The notes beneath the pieces were generated by a model that saw only the letters and a list, made by a program, of their open reading frames with translations, made no database searches and was not told the DNA's origin. The translations under genes and the position numbers were made by a program. 64,000 nucleotides of DNA from a bacterium. GTDB lineage: Bacteria; Patescibacteriota; Saccharimonadia; UBA4664. Below, piece after piece: positions 8,537 to 18,093 of the stretch; position 1 is the stretch's first letter, and each line of letters opens with the position of its first letter. The stretch spans positions 683,696-747,695 of the forward strand of contig CP064960.1 of assembly GCA_016699105.1 (NCBI GenBank), given 5' to 3'.

Positions 8537-8883
8537 CAGCGGCGATACTCAGTGCAATATGTTTTGGTGATATGGCAAGCTGTGGAAGCACAAGAACCCT
8601 CGTCTACACTACTGTTTTGCTTATACGTCATTATAACGGAATCTATAAATAGTGGCGACGGGCAAAATCTAGCCAAAAGCTACCCACAGGGGTTACTAAA
8701 TATGTTAATTTCGTTCGTCGTCAATATACGGAAATTGGCCTCAAAAAGGCATGTAATTAGACGTAATCATAAATAACTGTGGATAAATACTGAGTAAACT
8801 TGTGATAAGTACTAGTTTCAAGCGATTCATTGTCGTGTAGTGTCCCCTCTTGTGTGCGAGTCATCAACAGTGAAAGGAGTACT

Positions 8884-9429
8884 ATGCACAAGTTTGGATT
8901 CAAAGTCGGTTTTGTAGTTTTAGCAATCGTGTGGGCGAGTGGGACAGCTTCAGCTGCAGATTCGGTGGTTGTGGTTCAGCCCGGAGATAGCTTGTCTAAG
9001 ATCGCGTCGCGACTGGCGCTGTCGACATGGGTGCCAATCTGGAATGCCAACCCCAGTTTGACTGATCCCAACCGCATTTATGCGGGACAAACATTGATCA
9101 TACCGAGTCAACTAGCGCCTGATCGGCCATTACCGGCCGGCATGAATGTGGCTGCGCGCCAAGCCAGTGTCGTCAAAGTAACCACTGTGGCTCCGAGTGC
9201 CGGAGTAGGTGGAATTTTCGAACGCATCCGCCAGCGTGAATCGGGTGGCAACTATGCCATTAATACCGGAAACGGTTACTATGGTGCCTATCAGTTTGAT
9301 CTAGCCACCTGGCGTAGCGTTGGTGGTACTGGGTTACCATCACTGGCCAGCCCTGCCGAACAGGATATGCGAGCGCAGCTATTGTATGCTCGTCGCGGCT
9401 GCCAACCGTGGCCTCAGACATGTTATTAA
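8884..9429 (+). CDS. LysM domain plus Rpf-like transglycosylase-like domain protein (peptidoglycan lytic enzyme)
   Basis: Shine-Dalgarno AAGGAG at 8874-8879 precedes ATG 8884 (MHKFGF), so the ORF-track start at 8830 is likely too far upstream. Signal peptide ...ASGTASA. LysM region (VVVVQPGDSLSKIASRL...YAGQTLIIP). Transglycosylase-like motif ESGGNYAINTGNGYYGAYQFDLATW. Confidence 0.8.
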   Translation: MHKFGFKVGFVVLAIVWASGTASAADSVVVVQPGDSLSKIASRLALSTWVPIWNANPSLTDPNRIYAGQTLIIPSQLAPDRPLPAGMNVAARQASVVKVTTVAPSAGVGGIFERIRQRESGGNYAINTGNGYYGAYQFDLATWRSVGGTGLPSLASPAEQDMRAQLLYARRGCQPWPQTCY

Positions 9430-9476
9430 GACATGGCGTTGACATAGGTCGGTTGATCCAGAGATAATGAGCCGCG

Positions 9477-10226
9477 ATGATCGAGTTACGAAATAACCGG
9501 ATCTTAGCTATCGACGGCGGAACCGGAACCGGAAAATCAAGGCTTGGCTCTGAGCTGGCACAACTTTTGCGAACCAAAGGAGTGCCAGCTTTGTTTATAT
9601 CTACCGGTTATTTGTACCGAGCCGTGGCTTGGGTGATGCTTGAATCAGCGCAAGCTCAAGCTGCTCGGCGACGAGTTAAAATTGTCGACCGGCTCGAATG
9701 GGCAATTCGAGAAGTCAGGGAGTCTTCGGAAAACGATATGATGGCCGCTATTGCGCACCACCAGATTGATATGCATGGCGGCCAAGTGTGGATCGATGAG
9801 ACCCTGGTGGAAGTGGACACCCAACTGAAAAGTCCCGGTGTTGGTCGGGTGGTACCGCATGCAGCCAGTTTCCCGCTGGTGCGGGCGGTAGTTGATGCGG
9901 CGACGCGTCGGCAAGTCAATGAATTTGATGGATTCGTGCTGGTTGAAGGTAGAGACATTGGTTATCATGTTCTGCCTGAAGCGCCACTACGTTTACTCTT
10001 GACGGTCTCGCCAGAGATTGCGGCTAAACGTTCGATTGAACATACGGTTGAGCAAATAATTGCTCGGGATCGTCGTGACCAGGCTCATCAGTATGGCGCC
10101 CTGAAAACTGATAAAGATGCGCATTTGTATACGGCAGTATTACCTACCGATGGTCACACACCGGAGTCAGTTCGAGATTTGGTCTACCGTCAAATGCGGT
10201 CGGTATTTGCCGAATTGCCAGCTTAG
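9477..10226 (+). CDS. cmk: Cytidylate kinase-like P-loop nucleotide kinase
   Basis: P-loop AIDGGTGTGKS followed by STGYLYR. Central segment AASFPLVRAVVDAATRRQ...VLVEGRDIGYHVLPEAPLRLLL aligns by eye with E. coli Cmk (AAFPRVREALLRRQ...[21 protein letters not shown]). Confidence 0.6.
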   Translation: MIELRNNRILAIDGGTGTGKSRLGSELAQLLRTKGVPALFISTGYLYRAVAWVMLESAQAQAARRRVKIVDRLEWAIREVRESSENDMMAAIAHHQIDMHGGQVWIDETLVEVDTQLKSPGVGRVVPHAASFPLVRAVVDAATRRQVNEFDGFVLVEGRDIGYHVLPEAPLRLLLTVSPEIAAKRSIEHTVEQIIARDRRDQAHQYGALKTDKDAHLYTAVLPTDGHTPESVRDLVYRQMRSVFAELPA

Positions 10227-10239
10227 TAAAGCTGAGCCA

Positions 10240-11513
10240 TCAAACTTTGACAGTATTGTATGATGGTTTAGCTGAACCGTCAGCCCGGCGCAGACCGTAG
10301 AAATTCTCACTCGTTGAAGTGCTGAAACTGGAGTCCTGGTAGGTATAAAACAGCATAGGACCGAGCCAACTCAATGTCCGATAGCTATAGATGGCATCGC
10401 GCAGCATCGTGCTCTGAGCGGCTTCGGAGATGTGGTCGTTGGGATCCGAGCTTGGCCCGCCTGTAGGTGCACCGTATTCGGTTATCCATATGAGTTTACC
10501 GCCATCGCCACGACTGGCCATAATATTGTGCATTTCCGTGAGCTGCCCCAGGCGTCATAAGGGTTGTTGGCGGCTGGTGTATCAGGATAGGTATAGGGGT
10601 GGGCGGCAACGGCATCAAAGTATCCTCGACCACCCTGAATATAGATCTGACTTAAAAAATCACTGGGAGAATAGTTGCCGTCAAAGGTTCCTGATGGCGA
10701 GAGACCGGCAGTTAAGACGGTTGCACTGGAGTTAGCTTGCTTAATGGCTGGATAGGCGGCTTTGAGGAGGTCGACATAAGCGTGGGGATTCGGAGATGGC
10801 TCATAAAATTGGCCGATATTGGGTTCATTCCAGATTTCCCAAACATTGATGCCCAATGGGGCAAAATGACCAGCGGTGGCACCAGCATAACTACCAAACT
10901 GAGCCGGGCTGGCAGGTGCACAAAATTGCGAGCCACTACAAGCACCACTACGGGCCCAAGGCGGGGTGTAGTCGAGGATACCGACTACCTTGATACCCGC
11001 ATTGCGAGCTGAGCGGGCGACTCGGTCATAGCCGCCCCAGCTGTATTGACCCGGTCCGTTCGGCGCGACATCCGGCCAAGCAATATCAAGTCGGATCCAA
11101 CTAAGGCCAGCAGCTTTGATGTCGGCAAATCGGGCATTGAGGGCACTATCGGACAAGTCGAGTAATTCCTCACCCACGGCTACACCGAAGGGGGTACTTC
11201 CCGATCGGGCGGTTTGCAGGGCATTGCTAGCCCCGTTGCCAAGCTTTGGTTTGGTAGCAGCTTTGGGCGGGCTTGGAGTCGACCCGGGTGCTGGTGTGGG
11301 GGTGGGGGCGGCGGTGGGAGTCACGTTTCCGGCCATAGTATTAGATGATAAAATCGATCCGCTCGTTGGTTTTCCGGAAAATGTGGGTGCAGTTTGAAGT
11401 ACGGCGATACCACTTAAGCCTAATATCCCACCGAGCGAGACCATACTGAACCAGAAACCGAACGAATACAGCCGGCGGCGGTGAGGGCTGGGTAGATTAT
11501 GTTGCACATTCAC
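10240..11513 (-). CDS. Membrane-anchored GH5-type (clan GH-A) glycoside hydrolase, split by a 1-nt frameshift in a G-run near 10540
   Basis: N-terminal TM helix and a Pro/Thr linker. Acid/base motif WEIWNEPN in ORF 10482..11513. Nucleophile motif KLIWITEYG in the downstream ORF 10240..10533, which is in a different frame. Joining the frames across ...gcctggggcagctc... gives a continuous ...DAWGQLTEMHNIMASRGDGGKLIWITEYG. Confidence 0.65.
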
Positions 11514-11568
11514 TTATCAACCATTGTACCAGATCCTAGCTGAGCCTTGGCTGGGAAACAGGCGATAA

Positions 11569-13728
11569 TTATGAGAATGTATAAAATGTAGTGACAATAA
11601 TGCTGGCAAGTAGAATAACGAGCTGGACTAACCCGTAGGCAATGATGTTTGAACGCTCATAATTGTGCGATCCCTTGGTCCGGAGTTTTGCTGAGCCCGA
11701 TATTACAAAGTCCGACAACAAGTGGGCCGTTGCCGCAAGTCCAAAGTAGAAACAGATGTACAAGCCCATGGTCTGGAGTACTTGCAAATCGGCAATATGC
11801 CAGGCGGGTTCGAGTAAATACTTTATTGCGAGAAAGACCAAAGACCAATAGCCGGTATAGACCCAATACCGTCGTTGGGGTGAAATTTTGAGACGATCGC
11901 GGAAATAACCGTTGTAAGCGTGGTCCATCATGAAACTCATCGGGTACACTGCAAGTGATCCAATCAAAAATAACTCAGTGATTTGTTGGGGCATAGCAAC
12001 ATATATCATGATCCACGGGCCGCAGAATTTAAGAAATCGCTGCAAAAAAATGGTAAAAACTTTGGTGCGTTGGCTGAGTGTGTGCACTAGCGCCAAGACA
12101 CATATGATTGCCAAGTAAATGAGAAGTCCAGCAGCTAACCGGCTATTGAGCCACCAGGTCAATACGAGCGCGCTGGAGATTACGGTCAGGTATATGGCAC
12201 TGGCGACGGCCCAGCCGTAGATGCCAGCGGCATGAAACTTTTTGATGCCAGTGGCTTGGTCTTTGGCTTGGTCGAACCAGTCATTAATAATGTAGGTTGG
12301 TATGTAGCAGTATGTTGTGACTACGACGATCATGGCCAAGGCGCCGAGGTGCGGAATCGCGCCCAAACCGTTGACAGCGGCCGCGTAGACGATGTAGGGA
12401 GATAATGAACCAAATGCATAGATGAGATTGACAGGCAGCTGGATATTGTAGCCAATGGCATAGGCGACAGTTTTGAGTAGTTTTTTTGGCTTGACGGGCA
12501 AGCCAGATAGTAACGTTATGCCGAGTACTATTTGGCCTGCGATCCAAGTGATGCCGACTCCGTCTAAATTATGCCAATGTGCGAGCACTGGGAAAAGTAG
12601 TAATATGACGGCGAAGTTGAGTATCTGAGCGATAATTACTCGGCCAAGCTTTTTGTGTAATTTGTAGTACACCGTCATCAGCGAATTAGCAAAAACGAGC
12701 AGTCCTGAGAGCGCAAGCAGTCGGAGTAAACTAAAACCACCGGCTGAGTAGGCAGACCCAAAAATGCTCAGGAGGAGACCACCGCCGATGACGAAGACTA
12801 TTATTCCTGGTGCCAGTAAGGCGAGCCCTTGGCGGATTGTCTTGCCGAGCTGGATTCTATCGAGTTTTTCACTCTTGGCGCTGTGAGCCAGGAGTGAACT
12901 AGCGCTTGCATGGGGGATAATGAGTAAAAAGTTAGCTATGGTCATGGCTGCATAAAAAAAAGCGGCGGGTTCGGTACCAAGTTGATTGGTTACCAATATC
13001 GGTAGTACCATTAACGGCAAAGCGCCACCGAGGCTAGCTAAATAGGTGCCAGTCGAATACTTAACCAATTCTTTGACCAGTGGTTGGTCTAAAATGGGCC
13101 GGAAGCGATACTTATAGCGTATGACAATCACAACCATACTCAAGATGGCCGCAATACTGACGGCGCCGGCATGAGCCGCAAATAGTCCAAAGGCGCCGTA
13201 GGTCACGAGCACAAATGGCAGCAAGATGCGCGATAGTCCGAGAACGACATCGATCCACAGGATAAATTTGGCATCTTGATAGGCAATAAAAATAGAATCT
13301 GTCAGCGTATTGTTGGTGATAAGTAACATGGCCAATATGAAAGCAATACTAGCCATTGGTGTCGGCATAACTTCAGCTAGTTTTGGTGAGATGTAGGGTA
13401 ATAAGAGTACAAAAGCTGTTGTTATGGTTAGGGCAGAGGCGCCGGCAATTACGAGTGACGTATCGATGATCCTAGCTTTTACTTTGGATCCCGGCAGAAA
13501 ACGCATGAGGGCACCATCGAAACCAAGCTGAGAGAAGGTCGACATATGAGTAACAACGGCTATCAAACTTGCTGCCAAGCCAACCTGCTCGGTAGTAAAC
13601 AACCGGGCGTTTATCGACCAAAAAACTAAACCGAAAAACGCCATGACCACGGTAGATGCCATGATGTAGAGCGAGTTTTGGAGCACGACATCTTGGCGGA
13701 TTTGCGCTATCAGGGCACGAGGGCTCAT
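11569..13728 (-). CDS. Fusion protein: N-terminal MOP/Wzx-type polysaccharide flippase (~430 aa) plus C-terminal UbiA-family prenyltransferase (~280 aa)
   Basis: 719 aa, all-helical membrane protein. The N-terminal half has the Wzx/Polysacc_synt pattern (WSINARLFTTEQVGLAASL...). The C-terminal half carries the UbiA motif NDWFDQAKDQ (NDxxDxxxD) and a second Asp-rich segment (DHAYNGYFRD) amid about 8 TM helices. Confidence 0.7.
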   Translation of the reverse strand: MSPRALIAQIRQDVVLQNSLYIMASTVVMAFFGLVFWSINARLFTTEQVGLAASLIAVVTHMSTFSQLGFDGALMRFLPGSKVKARIIDTSLVIAGASALTITTAFVLLLPYISPKLAEVMPTPMASIAFILAMLLITNNTLTDSIFIAYQDAKFILWIDVVLGLSRILLPFVLVTYGAFGLFAAHAGAVSIAAILSMVVIVIRYKYRFRPILDQPLVKELVKYSTGTYLASLGGALPLMVLPILVTNQLGTEPAAFFYAAMTIANFLLIIPHASASSLLAHSAKSEKLDRIQLGKTIRQGLALLAPGIIVFVIGGGLLLSIFGSAYSAGGFSLLRLLALSGLLVFANSLMTVYYKLHKKLGRVIIAQILNFAVILLLFPVLAHWHNLDGVGITWIAGQIVLGITLLSGLPVKPKKLLKTVAYAIGYNIQLPVNLIYAFGSLSPYIVYAAAVNGLGAIPHLGALAMIVVVTTYCYIPTYIINDWFDQAKDQATGIKKFHAAGIYGWAVASAIYLTVISSALVLTWWLNSRLAAGLLIYLAIICVLALVHTLSQRTKVFTIFLQRFLKFCGPWIMIYVAMPQQITELFLIGSLAVYPMSFMMDHAYNGYFRDRLKISPQRRYWVYTGYWSLVFLAIKYLLEPAWHIADLQVLQTMGLYICFYFGLAATAHLLSDFVISGSAKLRTKGSHNYERSNIIAYGLVQLVILLASIIVTTFYTFS

Positions 13729-16040
13729 CGGTAAATCTCGTTGCGATTTGAGCTATAAATAAGATCTTTGTGGTCGCTATAGTAGTCGGTAGGTAGCTCG
13801 TAGAATAATAGATTTCCTTGATAATAAAGTGCAACCCTGCGACTCGTCACGTTTGCTCCGGAAGCTAAGACATAGCTCTCTGTTGACACATGGCTTGGTG
13901 CCAAACTGTCTATTGAAACAAGAGTTGTTTCTGTACGAAAACGCATACGAGTGAATGCATCGGTGTAGAGTGGCAATCCAAACTCACGATTATCGCGTAA
14001 CCAGCGAAAAGCTTGGACGTCAGAACCAGTCGTGTAATAGGCGTCATAGTAAAAGCCGGAGTTTGCAAATTGGATAGTGGCTGGAACTCCACCTGTAATA
14101 GCGCCGATAGTACCCGAAACAAACAAGTATAGTATAGTCACGGTACCCGCTAGAATGGTTTGGGCATGCATTTTGAGTAACTTATACCAACTCAGAATTT
14201 CAAGTGTTCCCAATACAATAATTAAGCTACCCAGATACAAGACATGTTGGAACATTCGTAAAATGCCATATTCCACTGATGGTACTAATAGCTGGAAGAC
14301 AATGAGACCCAAACCAACTGGTACGAACCATATAAAATTAGTAGGTATTTGGAGCCGCTTTCGGACAAAGAATATTGCGACACATCCGACTACCATGACC
14401 ATCTGGAGACCAAACGTATAGAATTGCTTACCAGCGAAGATCATAGCTGCTGGAGTTATACCAAGACCTTTAAGCCAATTGCCAACGATTGTCAGAGGAC
14501 TGGCTGGTTCTGGTAGCGCTTTGAGTTGAACCGCCTGACTGCCGACCAGGCGTCCACCTGCTCGTTCGATTGATTCTTTTGCTTCGAGTGATGGCTCAGA
14601 CATATATAGATCGAGTAGTTGCTGGTCGGTCATCTGGGGAAGTTTAATGATGGTGTAGCCAGAGTTGTCATTCGCGGTATGGAGTTTAAACCCATTTGCG
14701 ACATAGGTGCGTACAGTATCGAATGCTCGCACTACATTCGAGCTGGTTTTTGTGAAAACCCCTGTCCATATTACGGTTCCGATGATTAATACTGCTACGA
14801 TACCAAAACCTACGGGCTGCCAACGCCGGTCAGCCGGATTATCCCAACGTCGACCAATGAGATACCAAATTCTACTTACTGCCCAAACGCCACCTAAGAG
14901 CAAGATGCTTGCAAACGTTGTTGAGTAGTGTGATACTACGAGACCTAACGCCAAAATGGCAACTAACCAACGATTGGTTTTAAAACCAGTGCGGTTAAGC
15001 AAGACCATGACTAATGTTGAAAAGAAGGCAAAGGCTATTTCTTGCCGAATGAGAAATGGCATATCGATGACAATGGTTGGGAATGTCATAAAGATGAGGG
15101 CACTCAAGAAGGCAATGCTGGGAGCGACGAAGCGGCGGCCGATGTAATATACGCTTGTGATACTGGCAGCATATACAACTTGCATAGCAGCTTTGTATAA
15201 CCATGATGCATCAATCCCGGATATACTTTTAAGTACAGTTGGCAATATCGTAATACTTAGGCAAGCATTATACGGGTCTTGGAAATGACTCATTGCCCAA
15301 TTGCCAGCTTGACTGGTGTACCAGAAAACCAAATATTCAAGTTGGATGTCGTGGCCGGTAATGTGCCAACCTCTGATAGACGTACTCCATAATAGAGCTA
15401 GTGACATCGAGAAAATAGCCCATGGGTACAATTGAGCTGGAATATAGCGCCGCAAAACGACTAAGCCAAAACTCAAGGCAGCAATAAGTAAGTACAAAAG
15501 CACTGCAATAGCATCGGGGCCGTTATTGTTTAACGTCACTGCCCCACTTGCCGCCAATACTGGTAATAATCCAAAGACTATTCCAGTAGTAACTAGGTTA
15601 AAGCTTATCTTTGGTCGGCGCCATTCGAGATTTTCGTGACGATTACGCCAAAAGCTCAACAGCCACAACACGCTCGTGATTAGACTAAAGCCAAGCAATG
15701 CTGGCAGTGGTGCAAATGGCCGGTTCCAGCCTATCAGTGGTAGAGCGTAGTTTATAAGTAGCCCGCCGAGCATGTAGGTGAATATACCAAGTAACAAACC
15801 GATAATAAGCCGCTCGCCTAAGGCAAAACGGTGGTTAAGTTTGAGTATCTGGAGCCATAGCCAACCAGGAATTACTAGCAGCCCCACCAGTACACTCCAT
15901 TGGATGATGTCGGACGATGGGTGCGTTGCGGCTGTACCGAAGACGACAGCAGCAACTGCTAGCTGAATAATATGGAGCTGAGTAAAAGAAATAGATTGCA
16001 GCTTGAGTGGGCTTTTGATGAATTGTTTTAGTTTTTTCAT
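13725..16040 (-). CDS. Polytopic membrane protein (771 aa, more than 12 TM helices plus a C-terminal soluble domain); possible GT-C-type glycosyltransferase or polymerase
   Basis: Long hydrophobic ORF translationally coupled to the Wzx-UbiA gene (4-bp overlap). The ~130-aa C-terminus is soluble. No family recognised by eye. The functional guess rests on size, topology and a neighbourhood analogous to UbiA (DPPR synthase) with GT-C arabinosyltransferases. Confidence 0.5.
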   Translation of the reverse strand: MKKLKQFIKSPLKLQSISFTQLHIIQLAVAAVVFGTAATHPSSDIIQWSVLVGLLVIPGWLWLQILKLNHRFALGERLIIGLLLGIFTYMLGGLLINYALPLIGWNRPFAPLPALLGFSLITSVLWLLSFWRNRHENLEWRRPKISFNLVTTGIVFGLLPVLAASGAVTLNNNGPDAIAVLLYLLIAALSFGLVVLRRYIPAQLYPWAIFSMSLALLWSTSIRGWHITGHDIQLEYLVFWYTSQAGNWAMSHFQDPYNACLSITILPTVLKSISGIDASWLYKAAMQVVYAASITSVYYIGRRFVAPSIAFLSALIFMTFPTIVIDMPFLIRQEIAFAFFSTLVMVLLNRTGFKTNRWLVAILALGLVVSHYSTTFASILLLGGVWAVSRIWYLIGRRWDNPADRRWQPVGFGIVAVLIIGTVIWTGVFTKTSSNVVRAFDTVRTYVANGFKLHTANDNSGYTIIKLPQMTDQQLLDLYMSEPSLEAKESIERAGGRLVGSQAVQLKALPEPASPLTIVGNWLKGLGITPAAMIFAGKQFYTFGLQMVMVVGCVAIFFVRKRLQIPTNFIWFVPVGLGLIVFQLLVPSVEYGILRMFQHVLYLGSLIIVLGTLEILSWYKLLKMHAQTILAGTVTILYLFVSGTIGAITGGVPATIQFANSGFYYDAYYTTGSDVQAFRWLRDNREFGLPLYTDAFTRMRFRTETTLVSIDSLAPSHVSTESYVLASGANVTSRRVALYYQGNLLFYELPTDYYSDHKDLIYSSNRNEIYR

Positions 16041-17023
16041 AGGGCTCTCCCTGGAAGTATAAACCGACTGGTGCCCTCTTGGCGAATTGCCGCTAAGGCA
16101 TCATCGAGTACTTGGAGTCTATCGCTTGTGCCAATAATCCAGTCGGGAACATTGATATTAAAATATAGTGGTGAACGATGGTAATCGTCGAGTATTGTCT
16201 GTCGGGTGAAGTCGGTGAATGACCGACCGCTGGCCTGATCTGGTTTTGGGAAACCGACCATATCACAATCGAGTGGAGACACTAAGGGGTGCTCCATCAA
16301 TCCCTCAGGTCGCTGGAATGGCTGAGGCCGACTGAGCCACCGCCAAGCTGCAACGAGATTTTGGTGGTCTGTTGGCCGGTCATGTCGCAGCAAACCGAGA
16401 TTGAGTGCCGCTAGCAACAGTGGTCGCACGAGCGGGAATTTCAACATACTGATTCCGAACGGCAAACGGTCAGGCCGCCACAATTCCTCGGGGGTGCGAA
16501 TTTCGCGGTTTGAAATCCAGGTGAAGCCCATGTCCGCCAACAGTTGATACATTTTCGGCACGTAGAATAGCGGTCCCATCAAATAAGGTGCCCGAAATCC
16601 GCGCGGCCGGCGGCCAGTTAAGCGTTCAAGCTCCTTGCAGGCAGCTTCAAGATCTTGGGCGAAGGAGTCACGTTCGCTTTGGGATAAGTTATGCAGATGT
16701 TCGTGGGCATGACCATGGACACCAACTTCGTGACCAGCTTGGTGTATTTTTTGAATGGTTTGAGGGTAGTCGTAATACAACTTGCTTGAAGTAAAAAATA
16801 CGGCTGATACTTGATGGCGTTTGAGGACGGTCAACAACTGGTCAGTTACCGCTGGTAAATCATAGTCGACTCCAACGTGTGGCATGCCCCACAATCCCTC
16901 ATAGTCAAACGTGACGATAATATCGCGGGTTATCATGTCAAACTCCAAACGGTGTTGATTGCTTCCACGAGCGGTTTTGCGCCCTGGTTGACACTGGTCA
17001 AGGTTGATTGGGTACTCCCCCAT
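16037..17023 (-). CDS. Polysaccharide deacetylase (CE4, NodB homology domain)
   Basis: IIVTFDYEGLWG, FFTSS, HEVGVHGHAHEHL and RGFRAPY are the NodB motifs. The likely start is MITRDII, about 29 codons inside the called ORF. Confidence 0.75.
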   Translation of the reverse strand: MGEYPINLDQCQPGRKTARGSNQHRLEFDMITRDIIVTFDYEGLWGMPHVGVDYDLPAVTDQLLTVLKRHQVSAVFFTSSKLYYDYPQTIQKIHQAGHEVGVHGHAHEHLHNLSQSERDSFAQDLEAACKELERLTGRRPRGFRAPYLMGPLFYVPKMYQLLADMGFTWISNREIRTPEELWRPDRLPFGISMLKFPLVRPLLLAALNLGLLRHDRPTDHQNLVAAWRWLSRPQPFQRPEGLMEHPLVSPLDCDMVGFPKPDQASGRSFTDFTRQTILDDYHRSPLYFNINVPDWIIGTSDRLQVLDDALAAIRQEGTSRFILPGRAL

Positions 17024-18093
17024 TGGCCTATGGTGCGCAACCTATCGGGATGCTCCAGGAAATGTTTGAGGGTTTTGAGTAAGCTATGGGGATCACGGGG
17101 TGCGATGATACACTCAGGGAACGGTCGTAAAACCTGACTACCGGCCGCGGCTGTCGTGGTGATGACTGCAGTGCCATAATGGAGCGCTTCATTAATAACG
17201 AGACCCCAACAGTCGCCCAGTGTTGGTAACACCAAACAATCTGCCCGGGTATAGTAATTGGCTTTTTCGGTACTGTCTGCGACGTATCCGGCAAACTGTA
17301 TATTGTGATGACCGGCTGCTAGTGTGCGTAGCATGGCGTCTGCTGGCCCGCTGCCGACAATCACTAACCGGCAACTGTCGGCGGGTAACTGCTTGACGAC
17401 ACGTACGAGCTCATCAATACCTTTAGCCGGGTTTAAATAACCTAAATACAAAAATGTAATCGGCCGATTATGACCACCACGTCGCCGGGCAATGGTTGGC
17501 CTGGGCAATAATACTTCGGGCATGACTTGGGGACCGGAGTTGATAAACCGGGCATGAATCCCCTGCTCTTCGAGAAAGGTTTTGGCGTCGTCTGAGAGAG
17601 CGACAAAGTGGTCAGGCAGGCTTAAGAGTACTCGCCGGTACATGGCGGCCAACCAGGTTAAACCTTGATGGATGCGTCGTTGTAGAGGATTGGCCGATAC
17701 TACGAGATTTTGGAAATAAAGCACTTCATTGTCAGTGGTCTCACTCCACATAATCACTGGTTTTCGTCTGATTTTTGCCCAAAAAATAGTCGTAAATGTA
17801 GCGAGTGCCGTTTCTGGAAAATCGCCTACCAGATAAATGTCAAATGGGTGTCGCATGAGATTCCAGAGCAACGTGGGATTTAAAAAAACAGGACCGATTA
17901 ACCAACTTTTGAGAATACGAGCAGGAAAAGTAGCTTGCGCCAAACTGGTGTCCCAGTGGCGGTCGGCAGTTTTGCGCCGCGTAAACCAGACTTCGATTGA
18001 AGTTTTCTGATGAACCGCATCAAATACCGGAATCCGGTAGGGTGAAACGACATTGTGCAAAACGAGTGTGCGCGGCATTTTGGTTTTAGTCAT
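16933..18093 (-). CDS. Glycosyltransferase family 4 (GT-B)
   Basis: 386 aa. C-terminal EX7E-type motif (DCLVLPTLGDCWGLVINEALHYGTAVITT). Confidence 0.8.
   Translation of the reverse strand: MTKTKMPRTLVLHNVVSPYRIPVFDAVHQKTSIEVWFTRRKTADRHWDTSLAQATFPARILKSWLIGPVFLNPTLLWNLMRHPFDIYLVGDFPETALATFTTIFWAKIRRKPVIMWSETTDNEVLYFQNLVVSANPLQRRIHQGLTWLAAMYRRVLLSLPDHFVALSDDAKTFLEEQGIHARFINSGPQVMPEVLLPRPTIARRRGGHNRPITFLYLGYLNPAKGIDELVRVVKQLPADSCRLVIVGSGPADAMLRTLAAGHHNIQFAGYVADSTEKANYYTRADCLVLPTLGDCWGLVINEALHYGTAVITTTAAAGSQVLRPFPECIIAPRDPHSLLKTLKHFLEHPDRLRTIGQWGSTQSTLTSVNQGAKPLVEAINTVWSLT

Noticed and set aside
8552-8776. 74-aa ORF in the divergent intergenic region upstream of the Rpf-like gene
   Set aside because: It is AT-rich with no ribosome-binding site and no motif. 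It is more likely leader/regulatory DNA; see the riboswitch hypothesis.
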